DNA from: Eledone cirrhosa
Taxonomy: Eukaryota
Assembly: GCA_964016885.1 (NCBI GenBank)
Contig: OZ024742.1
Location: 194,432,001-194,496,000 of the forward strand
Direction of reading: 5' to 3'
Length of the DNA: 64,000 nucleotides
The first letter of the stretch is position 1, and each line of letters begins with the position of its first letter. The position numbers were made by a program, and so were the translations under genes. Of this stretch, positions 1-12,993 are shown piece by piece. The notes under the pieces were generated by a model. It was not told where the DNA came from. It did no database searches and saw nothing but the letters and a program-made list of their open reading frames with translations.

Positions 1-389
1 CTTGTTAATACAGTAAATAAAACCCTTTTTGTACTGTTGACAATGTTATTCTTCACTCTTTCACTATATATATATATGATGAGTGCAAACCAGGCCAGCA
101 ACACGAACCTGTAACATACCCTGAACAAGCAATGCCTGTGCTTTGAAGCTTTTTTTTAAGTGGAGAAAGGACTTGCACTCGACCACACCACTCTATAAGC
201 ATCGAAAAGGAGAACTGGTCAACATCACCGGCAAATGGCGGATGAACTCAACAGAGTCAACAGCCATCCAAATAGTACTTTCGTTTCCCTTTTTTTTCAC
301 CTGGGATATAAAGGAGCCCAGTTGTTGTCACAATACCTTTCTAAGTCAGGGAAAATCTAAAATAAAACCTGTGGCTTCGAAGCATCCGA

Positions 390-481
<92 letters not shown>

Positions 482-482
<1 letters not shown>

Positions 483-910
483 GAATAACGTTAAAACGAT
501 TTAAGTGACCATATACACCCAGTACTTACTTAATCGATCTCTTTCTATCAAACTGTTAAATTAGGATACGTAAATACAGACATACACACGCTCATACATA
601 TATATGCACATACAAAACACACATATATGCAATATATCGTAATGTTTAAACATCCTTTCTCATTGCTTTCAAAACACACACACACACATATATATGTATA
701 TATGGGTGTGTGTGTGGGTGTGTGTGTGTTTTGAATGTAATGAGAAAGGATGTTTAATCATTACGATATATATGTATATATGTGCGCCTTTGTATGTCCA
801 TATATATGAGCGTGTGTATGTTTGAGTTTACGTATCCTAATTTAACAGTTTGATAGAAAGAGATCGATTAAGTAAGTACTGGGTCACTTAAATCGTTTTA
901 ACGTTATTCC
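482..910. repeat. ~430-bp fold-back (inverted repeat, arms ~210 bp, centred on a CA/TA/TG tract)
   Basis: ggaataacgttaaaacgatttaagtgacc...cccagtacttacttaatcgatctctttctatcaaactg (from 482) is mirrored by ...cagtttgatagaaagagatcgattaagtaagtactgggtcacttaaatcgttttaacgttattcc (to 910); one small indel and scattered substitutions. Confidence 0.9.
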
Positions 911-1039
911 CACACCATGGCTGCAAGTTAATTGTTGAAACTAGTCTAATGCTTAAAGTGTTGGTAAGATTGAATGTAACAATATTGTGGACACATAACA
1001 ATAGGATATGATGATGGGTCGCCATCTTGATATTTCATT

Positions 1040-1213
<174 letters not shown>

Positions 1214-1470
1214 ATTAATGCTTTCTTTATTAACCACAAGGGTTTACACAAAGTAGACATTAAGGACAGTACAGGACAATACAGGACGATACAAATGGGC
1301 ATTTCTGCGTGTAAACAAAACAAAAACAGGATGTAATCAAATATAACAATGAAAAATTCCCCCAATAGGGGGGAGACTTCCGAGGGACATTTGTGGAGAA
1401 AGCCCATTAAAAGACCACAGTGTCCCTGACCACCAGGGCAAGTGCCCTCTCCCAGTTTTCCACCTTTAAT

Positions 1471-3792
1471 TTACAGACACATACTCAGAGTAGGCCCATT
1501 CACTCGGGCCATTCTTGCTTCTCTCACCCATCTTTCAACAAAATGCTGGGAAAAGAGCACTTCCCTCTCTACCATGATTTTCCTTTTCAAATGAAATTTG
1601 AAAAAGTTAATCAGGGCATCACCGAACAGGTAAGTGCTCGTCTTCAGCCCTTTCAAACGTGTCCACTATACTATCTCTTTCGCCATGGCCACCATACAGA
1701 TAAAAACTGACTGCCCTTCCCGGCTAAAGGAAGAGGGCGGGGCAATCCTCACGATGGACTCAGCTGATAACTGGATCCGTCCTACACGTGGACGGTATTG
1801 GCGCCCTGCGCGCATATCGGACATGCCCGGCTGACGGAACTTCCATGCCTGTAGAGTTTAGCCCGAACTGGCAAAGCTCCTCGGTAGCACTGCCAGGCCA
1901 GGGATTTCTGGAACGTGTCCATAGGCCCCGGCCTGAAATTTCTTCGGAAGAAATTGGCTAGTTGATTTTCGTCGACGCCTAGAGTTTCTCCAAGTACGGC
2001 GTCGCTCTTCCCCTCGATTAATCCTCTATGGAACGCCAAGGTGGAGTTTCCACCGATCACATTGCCCGATTGGTCGAGGGCTGTGAGCGCCTGAAGACAT
2101 TCCAGTCTCCAAGCGCTCCATCTCAGTCTTCGCTTCTCCCAGAACTGCACCTCCGTCAAGGAGACGAGCTGCGCACCACACCTGATCACCATCGAGGAAG
2201 AGGTGGAGATGTCATAGCCAGAGCGCGTGTCTGCTCATCATGAGCCACGGCATGCCCAGCCCTCCACGTAGCGGGTGTTGACAGCAGATGGACCGCCTGA
2301 CCATCGGAGCGCGTCCCTTCCACAAAAAGCGAAAGAGCAAATGCTCCAGCGCAGTCAGCCAGGGCTTAGGACACGGTACGACGGTCAGGCGGTAGGTGAT
2401 GACGGACGCGATGTAGGCGTTAGCCACCTTCGCTCGACCGTTCAGGGATACCTTCCTCTCCGCCCATTTCTGGGTGAAAGAAGCCACCCTGCTCGTCACC
2501 TTGTCCCAGTTTTTGTCCGTCTGGACGTCTCCCGTTTGGAGGTTTCCCGTTCTGTTGCCAGTTGCAGTAGACGTCCGCCAAGATGCCTCCGAACAAGTCT
2601 GACATCTGTACGTAAAGTTCATAGGGCAGACCATCCAAACCAGGCGATTTACCCCTTGTGCAGCCAGTCATTGCCTCCCGTACTTCAGCGGCTGCTATCG
2701 GCTTTTCGCAACACTCCGCCTCAGTGGCCGAGAGCCGCGGCAGTCCGTCGAGGTAGACACTAAAGTCCATCCCTCGGTCCGGCCCGCCGCTGCCCCCGAA
2801 CAGCTGTGCGAAGTGTCGCTGAGAAGCTTCACACATTTTCCCGGGATCGAATATCATGCGCCCGTCGTGGTCCACCAAAGACTGGAACTTGTTGCCACGA
2901 CGCGCCGCCGCCACTCGGACCCATAGAACGGCTTTAGTCCCCTCGTGTCTGAGAGCACGCCCCTAGCTCTGACAACGCAGCCTTTGTGCTTTGCATTGAA
3001 GAATTGATCAAGGGCCAATTTCGCCGCAAGTACGTCGGTCGCGATGCTTTTGCTAAGCGCCTCGTCTAATTGTCTAACTAGTTGTCCCTCTGCTCTATTT
3101 TTCTCTATTGCTAAAGCCTTACTAACCCTAATGGACTCTATTCTAATCGCTCTCTTCAGAGCAAACCACCACTTGTTGTTGACGATGGCTCCCGTCAACG
3201 CCCGCTTAACTAGTTCGCTAATCCGGTTTCTGTAGGCCTTGCGCGCTGGTAAAGACGCGTTTAGCTTCCAGTAGCCGTGTCCTCGTCTATGAAGCCTATC
3301 TAAGTCAAGCACACAGATCACGAATTTGTGGTCCGTGTAGCTGACTATCTTGAATTGTGGACATCCTATGCTAGACCTATCTATTTCCCTTCCAAATACT
3401 TTATCTAGATATGCGATTTGTCCAAGCCCACATTGGCACATTCGAGAAATCCAATCGGTACCTGTCAGACAGTTCAAAACGCCTGAGCAGGTTGGTGAGG
3501 CTCTTGCACCCTCCTCCCCTATCCGCTAATCCCACACAGTCCCAGCGTGCATCTAAGATACCGTTCCAGTCGCCCTCTAACACTAAAGAGCGGGACGTCC
3601 CTAGAAGATGGGAGATGCGTACACATCGTAGCCGCCGAAGATCGGTGCGAAGACCCGTGCCTCGGATATTCTGGTCTCGCTGATGGCCACCACATCTATG
3701 TTTAGCGACCTGAGATCGTTCAGCAGGTGGCCCTGCTTCCATGTCGACCCCAAGCCACGCGCATTTATGCTGCCTATTCTGGGCGAGGTCAT
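1471..3792 (-). pseudogene. Tx1 copy 1 ORF2 remnant (APE endonuclease-RT-zinc finger), frameshifted and internally deleted
   Basis: ORF-track fragments 3601-3792, 3401-3826, 2854-3477, 2420-2914, 2212-2634, 1782-2192, 1471-1656 are collinear with copies 2 and 3. Confidence 0.88.
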
Positions 3793-3826
3793 GTTGAAAT
3801 GGAGTGGAAAAGATGGGAAAGACCAT

Positions 3827-5773
3827 TTACCTTACTTCTCGTAGAGGAAGGATGGTTTCTCCATCCCTTTTCACTTGATCGTCTGGTGAAGGGACCGTTG
3901 AATCGTCCCTTCGGCTGGTCGTCGGCTCTTCTGTGAGTATATCGAAATATACTCTCCGATTGAGTGTCCCTCCTAGGTCTCTGAAATCACCAACTGCGTT
4001 AGGGAATTTCCTTTCAATGTTTGTGTATTGCTTCTGTGCTATTCTTACCAGTCTTATGTTCGTTGGTGTTTTGATTGGTGCTGGTATTATGTAGTCGTGC
4101 TGTGAAATGTATGTATGTTCAATTATGTAAGTCATTAGTTTCTTGTTGTGTGTATTTATTGCTGTGCATTTGTTTTTCTGGGGGTGCGGTGTGGGTCTAC
4201 TATTTTCTTGTCGTTGTTGCAGGGTGTGTGTTTTGTTGTTATGTTTGTGATGTTCGTACTTGTGGTGGTGGTGTTGAAGGTGTTGTTGTTGTTTGCGGTG
4301 GGGTTCCCGCCGGTGGTGATGGTGGTGCTAGCGTGAGTGGTGATGCTGTTGGTGGTGTTGCTGCTGTAAGTCTCTTTGCAGTGGCCTTTACCCTTTTTTC
4401 ATTTCGTTCCTCCCTTTTCGAAGGCGACGATGCGCTGCTTCTGCATTTGTGCCTTCTTGCGACCTTTTGCCATCCCTCTCCCACCTCACACTCCATGTCC
4501 GATTCTGTGAGGGCGGGGAGGGGTATACCAGCTCCACTCTTTCACTTGTTGTTGTTGGTGATGTTTGCAGTGGAGTCTCTGTTGCAGCTGCAGTTGGTAT
4601 TACTGTTGTTGTTGTTAATAGTTCCACTGCTGCTGCTGTTCTTGATTTCCGTGGCGTGGGTATGGATGCCACGGATCTATCCTTCCTGGTTGACGCCTCT
4701 CCTGTTGCTGGTAGCAGTGGAGCCAGTTTCGGAAGGAGGGGGGTTTTCTCCTTTCTCAAGGTCTTCTCATTGTAGAAGGCCCTGAGGTGAGTCTTCTATC
4801 CACAGCGAAAGTATTTCGGGCGTTTGCCCTTAACACTTATGGTCAGTTGAGTGCCGTTATCGAAGTATATCACATCCGGGTTAGTTTCGATGCACTCCTG
4901 GTTGGTTTGGATTAACATCTCAATGGATCCAATCTACTCGTACTTTTTTCTGAGGACAGACGCGGCCAGCAAACAAGGGGCCATCCTGGGGGGGGGGGGT
5001 CAGTTTGACCCTCACTATGTTTTGTCCACAATAGGAGGGCACCAACACCATTTCCTCGCTCCTTAGGGTCACTAAGGATTGAGCCTTTGCCTCCTGGGGT
5101 GTGGCAAAAAGCACGTCCACGGTGGCATATTTCTTGCCTCGAATGATATGCGTGTTCTGCTGCCACACAGACCCTAAGGCTTTTTGTATTTGAGCCTCTG
5201 TGGCTCTTTCAACCCTACGGGATTTTGTGCTTACTGTTCGGTACGTGACCGTACAGTGCTGTTGGGTTTCGAAAACTTTTCGGCTGCCTTGCAGATTGCT
5301 CGGTGTCCGGTTTTCGTCACCATCTTCTTTGCTTCCTGTAATTCCTCATTTGTTATAATGATGGTTTCCATGTTCTTTGCGATACCTGCAAACGAGATTG
5401 GTTTTTCTTTGTTGTTGTTGTTATTGTTGTCGTCAGAGCAGCTGTTACTTGTGTTGTTGCTGCTGGTACTACGATTGCCGCTGTTGCTGTGGTTGTTGTC
5501 GTTGTTGTTGTTGTTGCTGCTGCTGCTGTTTTTGTTGCTGTTGCTGCTGCTGCTGTTGTTTTTTATGCTGCTGCTGATGCTGTTGCAGCTGCTACTATTG
5601 TTTTCCTTGTCACTGTTGCTGCTGCTGCTGTTATTACGGCTGCTACTGCTATTATTCACGACCTCAGACGAATGAAATGGCTTTCCGTATTTACCGCACA
5701 CATTTTTCGTAGCCCCATATTTACATACACCCCACACACACACACGCACACACGTACGCACACACACACACAC
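3827..5773 (-). pseudogene. Tx1 copy 1 ORF1 remnant (N/S-rich N-terminus, degenerate zinc knuckle, T/P-rich linker)
   Basis: Fragments 5231-5773, 4920-5168, 4388-4759, 4239-4496, 3827-4135 share motifs with ORF1 of copies 2/3 (e.g. HIIRGKKYATVDV vs HIRRGQKYGTVDV; LVPSYCGQ; KFPNAVGDFR). Confidence 0.8.
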
Positions 5774-6234
5774 GCTTACACCTCCACTTATTCTCTCTCA
5801 CACATACACACACAAAACCAGTTCTAACACGAGATAACATCTATCCCCCACATTTACGTATAGACACATATTCTCACACTCACACACACTCACATACTTA
5901 CACCTTCATGCATTCTCCCACACACTTAAACAGGCATGTATATAAAAACAAAAAAACAAAAAAAACTTACCCCTCTTAAAGGGAGACTACTCTTTATCCA
6001 CCTAATCTTAACTCTTTGACATTAGAGATAGAACAGATACTCTATACCATTTCCTGTCAGCATGACTTGGCAAGCTATTTAGAACACTGGTTTTTCGAGA
6101 TATTATCTCGAAAATTAAGGACATTTAAATAAATCTAAGGTAAAAGACTAACTGTCAACAATATCTTTTGCATTTGCATTCTTTATTCTATGTCCATACC
6201 TGCATTGTTTTGGCTTTATTATACATATACAAAC

Positions 6235-6300
<66 letters not shown>

Positions 6301-6942
6301 ATAATGGTTACAAATCGAAATTGCATCCTCAGTATTAAATAGCTTATATATGATTTGATCTGAATATTCGATCTGTATATATTTGTAAAATGTGCTGCAT
6401 ATAACCACATCGCTGTCTATCGGACTGCTTATATCAAGAGCCATGTTTACACCCGATGTACGTTAATATTAATGCACTAAATTATCTTAAAGTGATTGCA
6501 TTATACAGTTTGAACCATTTAATATTCTTATTATTTAATTGATTCAAATTATCTAGTGTGTTTTCATAGAGGTTTTGGTGTTGATAAAATAGTTTAAACA
6601 TAGAATTACGTAAATTTGCCTGTATTACATTCACGTGTAGACCTTAACAGTGTTGCTCTCTAAACTAGTTAATATGTGAAACACATCTTGTGAAATGGTT
6701 ATATAATATACCTACAGGCCGATAGATGACCTTTCGCATATATTAACAAATGGAATTCAAATATTTTAACTACTGGAATACGAATATATTAACTACTGGA
6801 ATACGAAACATTTATTAAATTGCACTGGATTGCCACTATTAAATTACACTGAATTGTCAATACATCTAGAATCGAACGAACTTCCGACTGTTCCTATGTG
6901 GTGTGCTCCAGCTGTTTGATCAACAGAACAGCCTGCCTGCAA

Positions 6943-7003
6943 AAATAGCTTACAAATGGTTGCAAATGGCTTACAAATGGTTGCAAATAGCTTACAAATG
7001 GTT
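6943..7003. repeat. 21-bp tandem repeat x~3 (caaatagcttacaaatggttg)
   Basis: Read directly from the sequence. Confidence 0.85.
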
Positions 7004-7097
7004 GAACATACAGCTATCTGTAGCTTTAACATAATACTCATGGAGATAACGTTATACTCAGTCGAGACAGATTACGACTACTAGCAACTACCAAAAC

Positions 7098-7540
7098 AAA
7101 TTTAATCAACCACTCCCGATTAAATCTAACACCCAGTATTAACTCTAGCCTCCAATATTGTCTACCTCTTAAAACCAGGTCTACCGCAAGGAATTTAATC
7201 TACCAGCCCTGATTAAATCAAACACTCAATATTAAATCTACTCCCCAAATTTAGGTCTACCATCTAAGTTCATCTCTACCGTCCAAGATTTAGTCTCCCA
7301 TCCAGTATTAAATCTACCATCCCATATCAATTCTACCACCTAGTATTAAGTCTACCGGCCAGGATTAAATCATCAAAATAGGATTAAATTTACCACTGAA
7401 AATATATGTGCCACTACAGATCAAGTCTGCCTCCCCATACGAAGTTCACTAAGCAATATTAGTCATAACATCCAATGAAAAGTCTACCAACCAAGATTAA
7501 ATCCATCAAGCAATATTTTAGTCTACTATCCAAGATTTGT
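7098..7540. repeat. Degenerate ~19-bp minisatellite, roughly 20+ units (consensus ~attaaatctaccacccagt)
   Basis: attaaatctaacacccagt / attaactctagcctccaat / attaaatctaccatcccat / attaagtctaccggccagg recur with a ~19-nt period. Confidence 0.8.
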
Positions 7541-7887
7541 TAACAATATAAACATTTTCAAAAATATCTGCCCAGTTTGAACTGCTTTAATGGTAAATAC
7601 CAACAAGAAAAAGATGTATTACAGCATTTGAAGTTAAAAGTGAGAATAACAATTTTGAAGTGAGCCCATGTCAGATCAAAGTGAAAATATCGATTATTAT
7701 CAGCAGTCACTCTGATATCATCAGAACCAATGTTATCCGTATCCACGTCCCATTACCATGTATGATGTATAATGATGTGATAGAAGAATTGAAGAAAGAA
7801 ACTGAAGAAAATTATTTCTTTCAAGACGATAAAGAAAGCAACCACAATGATGACAATATATATAGAATTATATATGTATACATACAT

Positions 7888-7918
<31 letters not shown>

Positions 7919-7927
7919 GATATGTTT

Positions 7928-7979
<52 letters not shown>

Positions 7980-8708
7980 GTGTGTGGGTGTGTGCATGTA
8001 TATATATCTATGAGTATGTATGTTTATATGTATGTATATATATATATATGCCTGTGTGTGTGTATGTATGCATGTATATATGTGTGTGGGTGCGTGTCGA
8101 TATATGTAATATATAATATACTATATATATATATATATATAAAATATGGCGTGATATCTTGCACTAATGACTACGTAATTAGTAATGCATTGTTCCTTGA
8201 TTTATGAATTTATGTATAAAATTTCCTTTTATTGTTCTCGGACAAACGAGGTATGCAATTTCCAAAATACTGTATATATTTTCACCTACATTTCTTCCAA
8301 TTTGATCAATTCCTTAACAATATAGAATTGATCAGATTTTAGTTCATTTTTCAAACTATATTTTTCAGATTTCTAGGTCAATAAATGAAATAATTTCACG
8401 AACTTCCATTAGGTTAGTTTTATGCATAGCATTTCAAACCTATTTCTACCACACTTGAAACTAATAGCTTCTGTACTATATGAGTTTTGTTTACTGATGT
8501 CTTGCGGCCATATGTAAGTGAAAGTGTAATATATACTGTGTAAAAACAACATTTAAATACAATTATAAATTCTACAAAGTCACCCATACCATTAACAACA
8601 TTATGTGGCGTATGTTTTATCAATTACCAATAGTTTTTTCAATATTATTTTGCTCCAAGCAAATGATTTGCAAACTTCTCTAAATAAGACACATGTCCAC
8701 ACATGCAG

Positions 8709-8750
<42 letters not shown>

Positions 8751-8895
8751 TGTGCGTGTGTGTGTTTGAGTGTGTGTTTGTGCGAGTGTACTTGCACGTA
8801 TATATATATATATATATGTATGTACAAATATATATACATATATGACTGGAATCGTATATTGAATCACACACACACACACACACACATCTCTCTCT

Positions 8896-8952
<57 letters not shown>

Positions 8953-8985
8953 CCCATACATATATATATGTACAAATATATATGT

Positions 8986-9049
<64 letters not shown>

Positions 9050-9989
9050 CTCGGGTTGTATATTGAATCATATAGGAAATGTTCATGTAAATAAATATTT
9101 TTATAGCCATGATATGAATTTTAGAAGTGGTGAACATCACCACTTCCCTTTAGCAACCCAGGAAAAACACCATAACCACCGTTTCTGGTGCTTTAACCGT
9201 CTTCAGTGGGGCTATCTCCGTTTGGATGCTAGGATGAAAATAAGCTGAAAGCTTATCGTATTTATACTTGTGAACATCGGTTGATGAAGCTCATTAGCAT
9301 GCACAGCAAAAGCTGGTGGGCTCTAATTAATGAGATGTAGAGATTTTTTGACGCAGCATGATTAATACGTGGCACTCGAATCATGCGCAAAGGAATGGCG
9401 TGTAGCGGATAAAGCAGGGCTATTTCAGGAAGTGGCCTGTGGATGGGTGAGTGCGGTGTCTCTGTATTGCGCACTAGGAATGAAAGTGTTATGGGGCGAA
9501 GGTGTGCTGAAGCAGAATGAGAAGGTAGGGTGAGTTGTTTGTCTCTATTTATAGGGCTTGTTGTAGTTTGTGTATATATATATATATATATACAAATAGT
9601 AAAGGATTTTATTGTTAATATTTAAGTTGGCCGTGTAGTATAATTAGTTGTGTTAGTATGATTAGTTTGTTTATTAGCTTTAGTAAAATTAAATGTGCCT
9701 ATGTGTCTATAATCGTACTGGTATGTTTATGTAGGCGTGTAGGTGGGTGTGTTGGTTGGTGTTGGTTGTAGTGATTGTGTTGATGTGTGAGTGATCTTTA
9801 GTATAATTAATTAGTTAATTAGTAGTGTTATTAAAATTACATACGTATCTATGTTTATGTTGATGCAACTAATCAATTTATCATGTTTTTTCATATCTAT
9901 GTTTGTTAGTTTATCTCTGTACACGTTCCACTGGGTGTTGGTATGATTGGAGCTAGGAGGTGCGTAATGGGAAAGACCAGGCTAAAGGA

Positions 9990-10290
9990 AGAGGGTGGCA
10001 ATTAGGCAGAGTCCTCTAAGTGTTTGGAGGGTAAAAAATAATATACAGTTCCCTCTTCAAGCGTGAGTACGGGGTTACGGGCCACGCAGGGAGGTCGAAA
10101 ACAGTAAGGTTGTGTGTGGAGTGTGGAGTGGAGAAATGTTGGGCGACCAGAGATCGGTTACTGAGTCGGATGTCTCGGTGGTTCTCGGTGTAAAATGTAG
10201 ACCATGCAACTGAGCCTATAGACAAAACTGGACCAGGTGCAGCGGAAGGAGTTCCAAACTTGGAATGTCAAGCAGTTCAGCCCATGGATC
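9990..10290 (-). mobile_element. Penelope-like GIY-YIG endonuclease remnant
   Basis: Minus-strand translation NSFRCTWSSFVYRLSC..., then ENHRDIRLSNRSLVAQHFSTPHSTHNLTVF...RLKRELYIIF resembles the C-terminal half of PLE GIY-YIG domains. Confidence 0.6.
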
Positions 10291-10383
10291 TTCTAATTGG
10301 ATTTTCACCCCGAAACTGGATACCAGCCTGGAGTATACCTGAACTTTCAGCAGGAAATATTTCGTATCATTGAATTTCCTTTG

Positions 10384-10476
<93 letters not shown>

Positions 10477-11442
10477 GTGTGTATGTATGTATCCTTTCAC
10501 CATCATTAGTTTTCAGGTTCGAGCCCATTATATCAAATCTAGGGTAAGTGTAATTTGACCTAACCCTGGATTGACCCAAACAGAATGAAGTCATATGCGC
10601 AAAGAGAAGCTGGCTAGAAGCTCTTCGAATGGATTGTCTGTAATTCAAAGGGCCAGCTTTGTCAAATCATGTGTCACGCTGAATCTGAAGATCAAATTAA
10701 TATCAAATAGTTTACACGTAAATTCACGAGTAGATGGTACCGTTGATAGAACACTCGTCGAAAGAGAGAGAGGTCGAATCCAATCACTGAACATTTTGTA
10801 TTGTATTTTGACCATGAAGAACTTAATTATTTTTGATTGAATCTGCAGGTTTAACCTCTCCAGAATACAAACGATGGACCTTCATCAATACGGACGTATG
10901 CCGGTTCTTTGTGTTACAGTTCCATTCCTATGATGGGATTGTAAACAGATTTCGTTTGCCCAATTTCAGTTGCAAGACATTCATTAACCCCTAGGATATG
11001 GCGAATGCCAATTATCCAACATCCTATACTATGCGATCGAACCCAAGACGTAATGTATACAACGTGAACTTCTCAACCACTCAGCCTATCTGTGACAACG
11101 TCTAGAATAGGAATATAAATGATTTAGCCTAAAGTATGAATATATATGTTACCAATAGTTGTAAATTACAGACAATTACATTTTGTTTGTTCATTTTGAA
11201 TTATTGGTATGTTTACGATAATTATTCAGACAAGAGACCCAGGAATTAAGTAACAGATGTGGAATATTAGATATTTAATTTAGTTGAGTAATTTGTATAA
11301 ACACATGTTTGAACATTTTCTAACAATTAATCTAACTCCTTCTCTCTAGATATGTATTATATTTCTGACACCCTCTATCTATTTCTGTTTTCTCTCTCTC
11401 TATATTTTTTTTTTTTCTTGTATCTGCTTCTCTCTGCTTCTG

Positions 11443-11512
<70 letters not shown>

Positions 11513-11738
11513 TTCTCTCTTTCTCTCTATCTCTCTCTCTGTCATGATATATATATATAGTAATGGCTATAAAACGAAGTTCTAACCGTAGTATAGCAGA
11601 TGCCAAACGAATTGTCAAAGGCAGTCACAAAAGCACTGTAAGGTGTGAAAATTAAATATGTTTTCATCCAGAGTAAACACAGAATGTTAATGAAGTGTGA
11701 CACTAAGAATAAAAGAATTAAAAGCATGTTGCCATAAT

Positions 11739-11921
11739 AATTGTTTCTACTTTAGGCACAAGGCCAGCAATTACCCACTGCATTACTGGTACTTTATTTT
11801 ATCGACCCCGTAAGGATGAAAGGCAAAGTTAACCTCGGCGGGATTTGAACTCAGTCCGTAAAGGGACGTAACTATGCTGCAAAGCATGGCGTCCGACCCT
11901 CTACCGATACTGCCAATTCAC
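11739..11921 (-). mobile_element. tRNA-derived SINE (main family, ~185 bp)
   Basis: Minus strand has an A-box-like ttggcagtatcggtag and B-box gagttcaaatccc, a central gcctttcatcc...gtcgataaaataaagtaccag domain and a ccttgtgcctaaagtagaaac tail; several near-identical copies in the window. Confidence 0.9.
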
Positions 11922-12369
11922 TAATACAACAAAATCCATATGTACAAACATGTCTAAGACTAACCTGGACAATCTCGAGAGGAGATGAATCGATAACATC
12001 GACAAAAATCTTCGTTATATTTCTGGGATCTGGGAAGTTACATTACGTGATGCATAATGTATATGCAAGCCATCGATGTATTTACAGATGGAACAGGAAT
12101 ATACCATCATCGGGATGTTTTCGTCCCGGAATATCCCATTTGATCCGGTCGCTTGAAGACATAGTTGCACGCACTCCACTGTATTAGTAAATTCACGAGT
12201 GTCATGAGGTTACTTTTCTTAGAAGAGGAAGGTGAAATTGACCAAAACCTTGGCGAGTAAATTCAAGGTGTGAACAAAAGTTTTTTCACCTTTTCTGACA
12301 GCATCAAAGAAGCTCTCAACTCGATTTATAAACAATCAATTAATTATATGAACTAGGGGAAAAATAGTA

Positions 12370-12445
<76 letters not shown>

Positions 12446-12993
12446 TATGAAGAGAGAAGAAACATTTAGATATAATTAGTAATAAAATGTATCATACCTA
12501 AACTGCTCCTAGATTCCTCGACTACGTAGTTTCGTGGCATAAACAAAAACAATACATCATAAAGATATAGAGTCCTTGCGAGGTCTGCCGACTTATCAAG
12601 AGGATACTTCATTTTACTAGCCTCAAGAACGCGTCTACACGACGTGAGAAAGAATCCCAAAAGGCGGAGGGGGAGATAGTCACGCGATATAACGGTCGAG
12701 AAACAGAGCTAAATATATATATATATAAAGGGAGAGTGAGATAGCGAAAGTGAAATGAGTGACTAAACATATTCGTACATTTCTCCTATAAATTCATTCT
12801 TTTCTCCCTCTACTTTTTCTCGTCTATCTTTCAATTTCTTCTACATCTCATTCTATCTTATGATGAATAACTAACGTCCTAATCATTAAGACATTTTCCT
12901 TCTGTATCGAGCGTTAAGCTAATACACACCATAATTGTAGTGTATCGTCATCGTGTGTTGTTATTCCTCTTTAAATGTTCGCATACATATATG

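Larger units (their letters stand above)
1220..5800 (-). mobile_element. Tx1/L1-clade non-LTR retrotransposon, copy 1 (degenerate; RT core deleted; 5' end uncertain)
   Basis: ORF2 pieces: APE-like RIGSINARGL, GDWNGIL, YTDHKFV, GYWKLNAS; KSPGLDGLPYELY; LFRFLWKG, GGLGMP; C-terminal CPIC; ORF1 pieces SFAGIAKN...; 3' UTR with AATAAA shared with other copies. Sequence jumps from CNWQQNG to DVQTDKNW, so the YADD region is missing. Confidence 0.9.

Noticed and set aside
7660-8013. 117-aa ORF with an acidic stretch as a host exon
   Set aside because: No recognisable homology; it runs into (TA)n without a clear donor site
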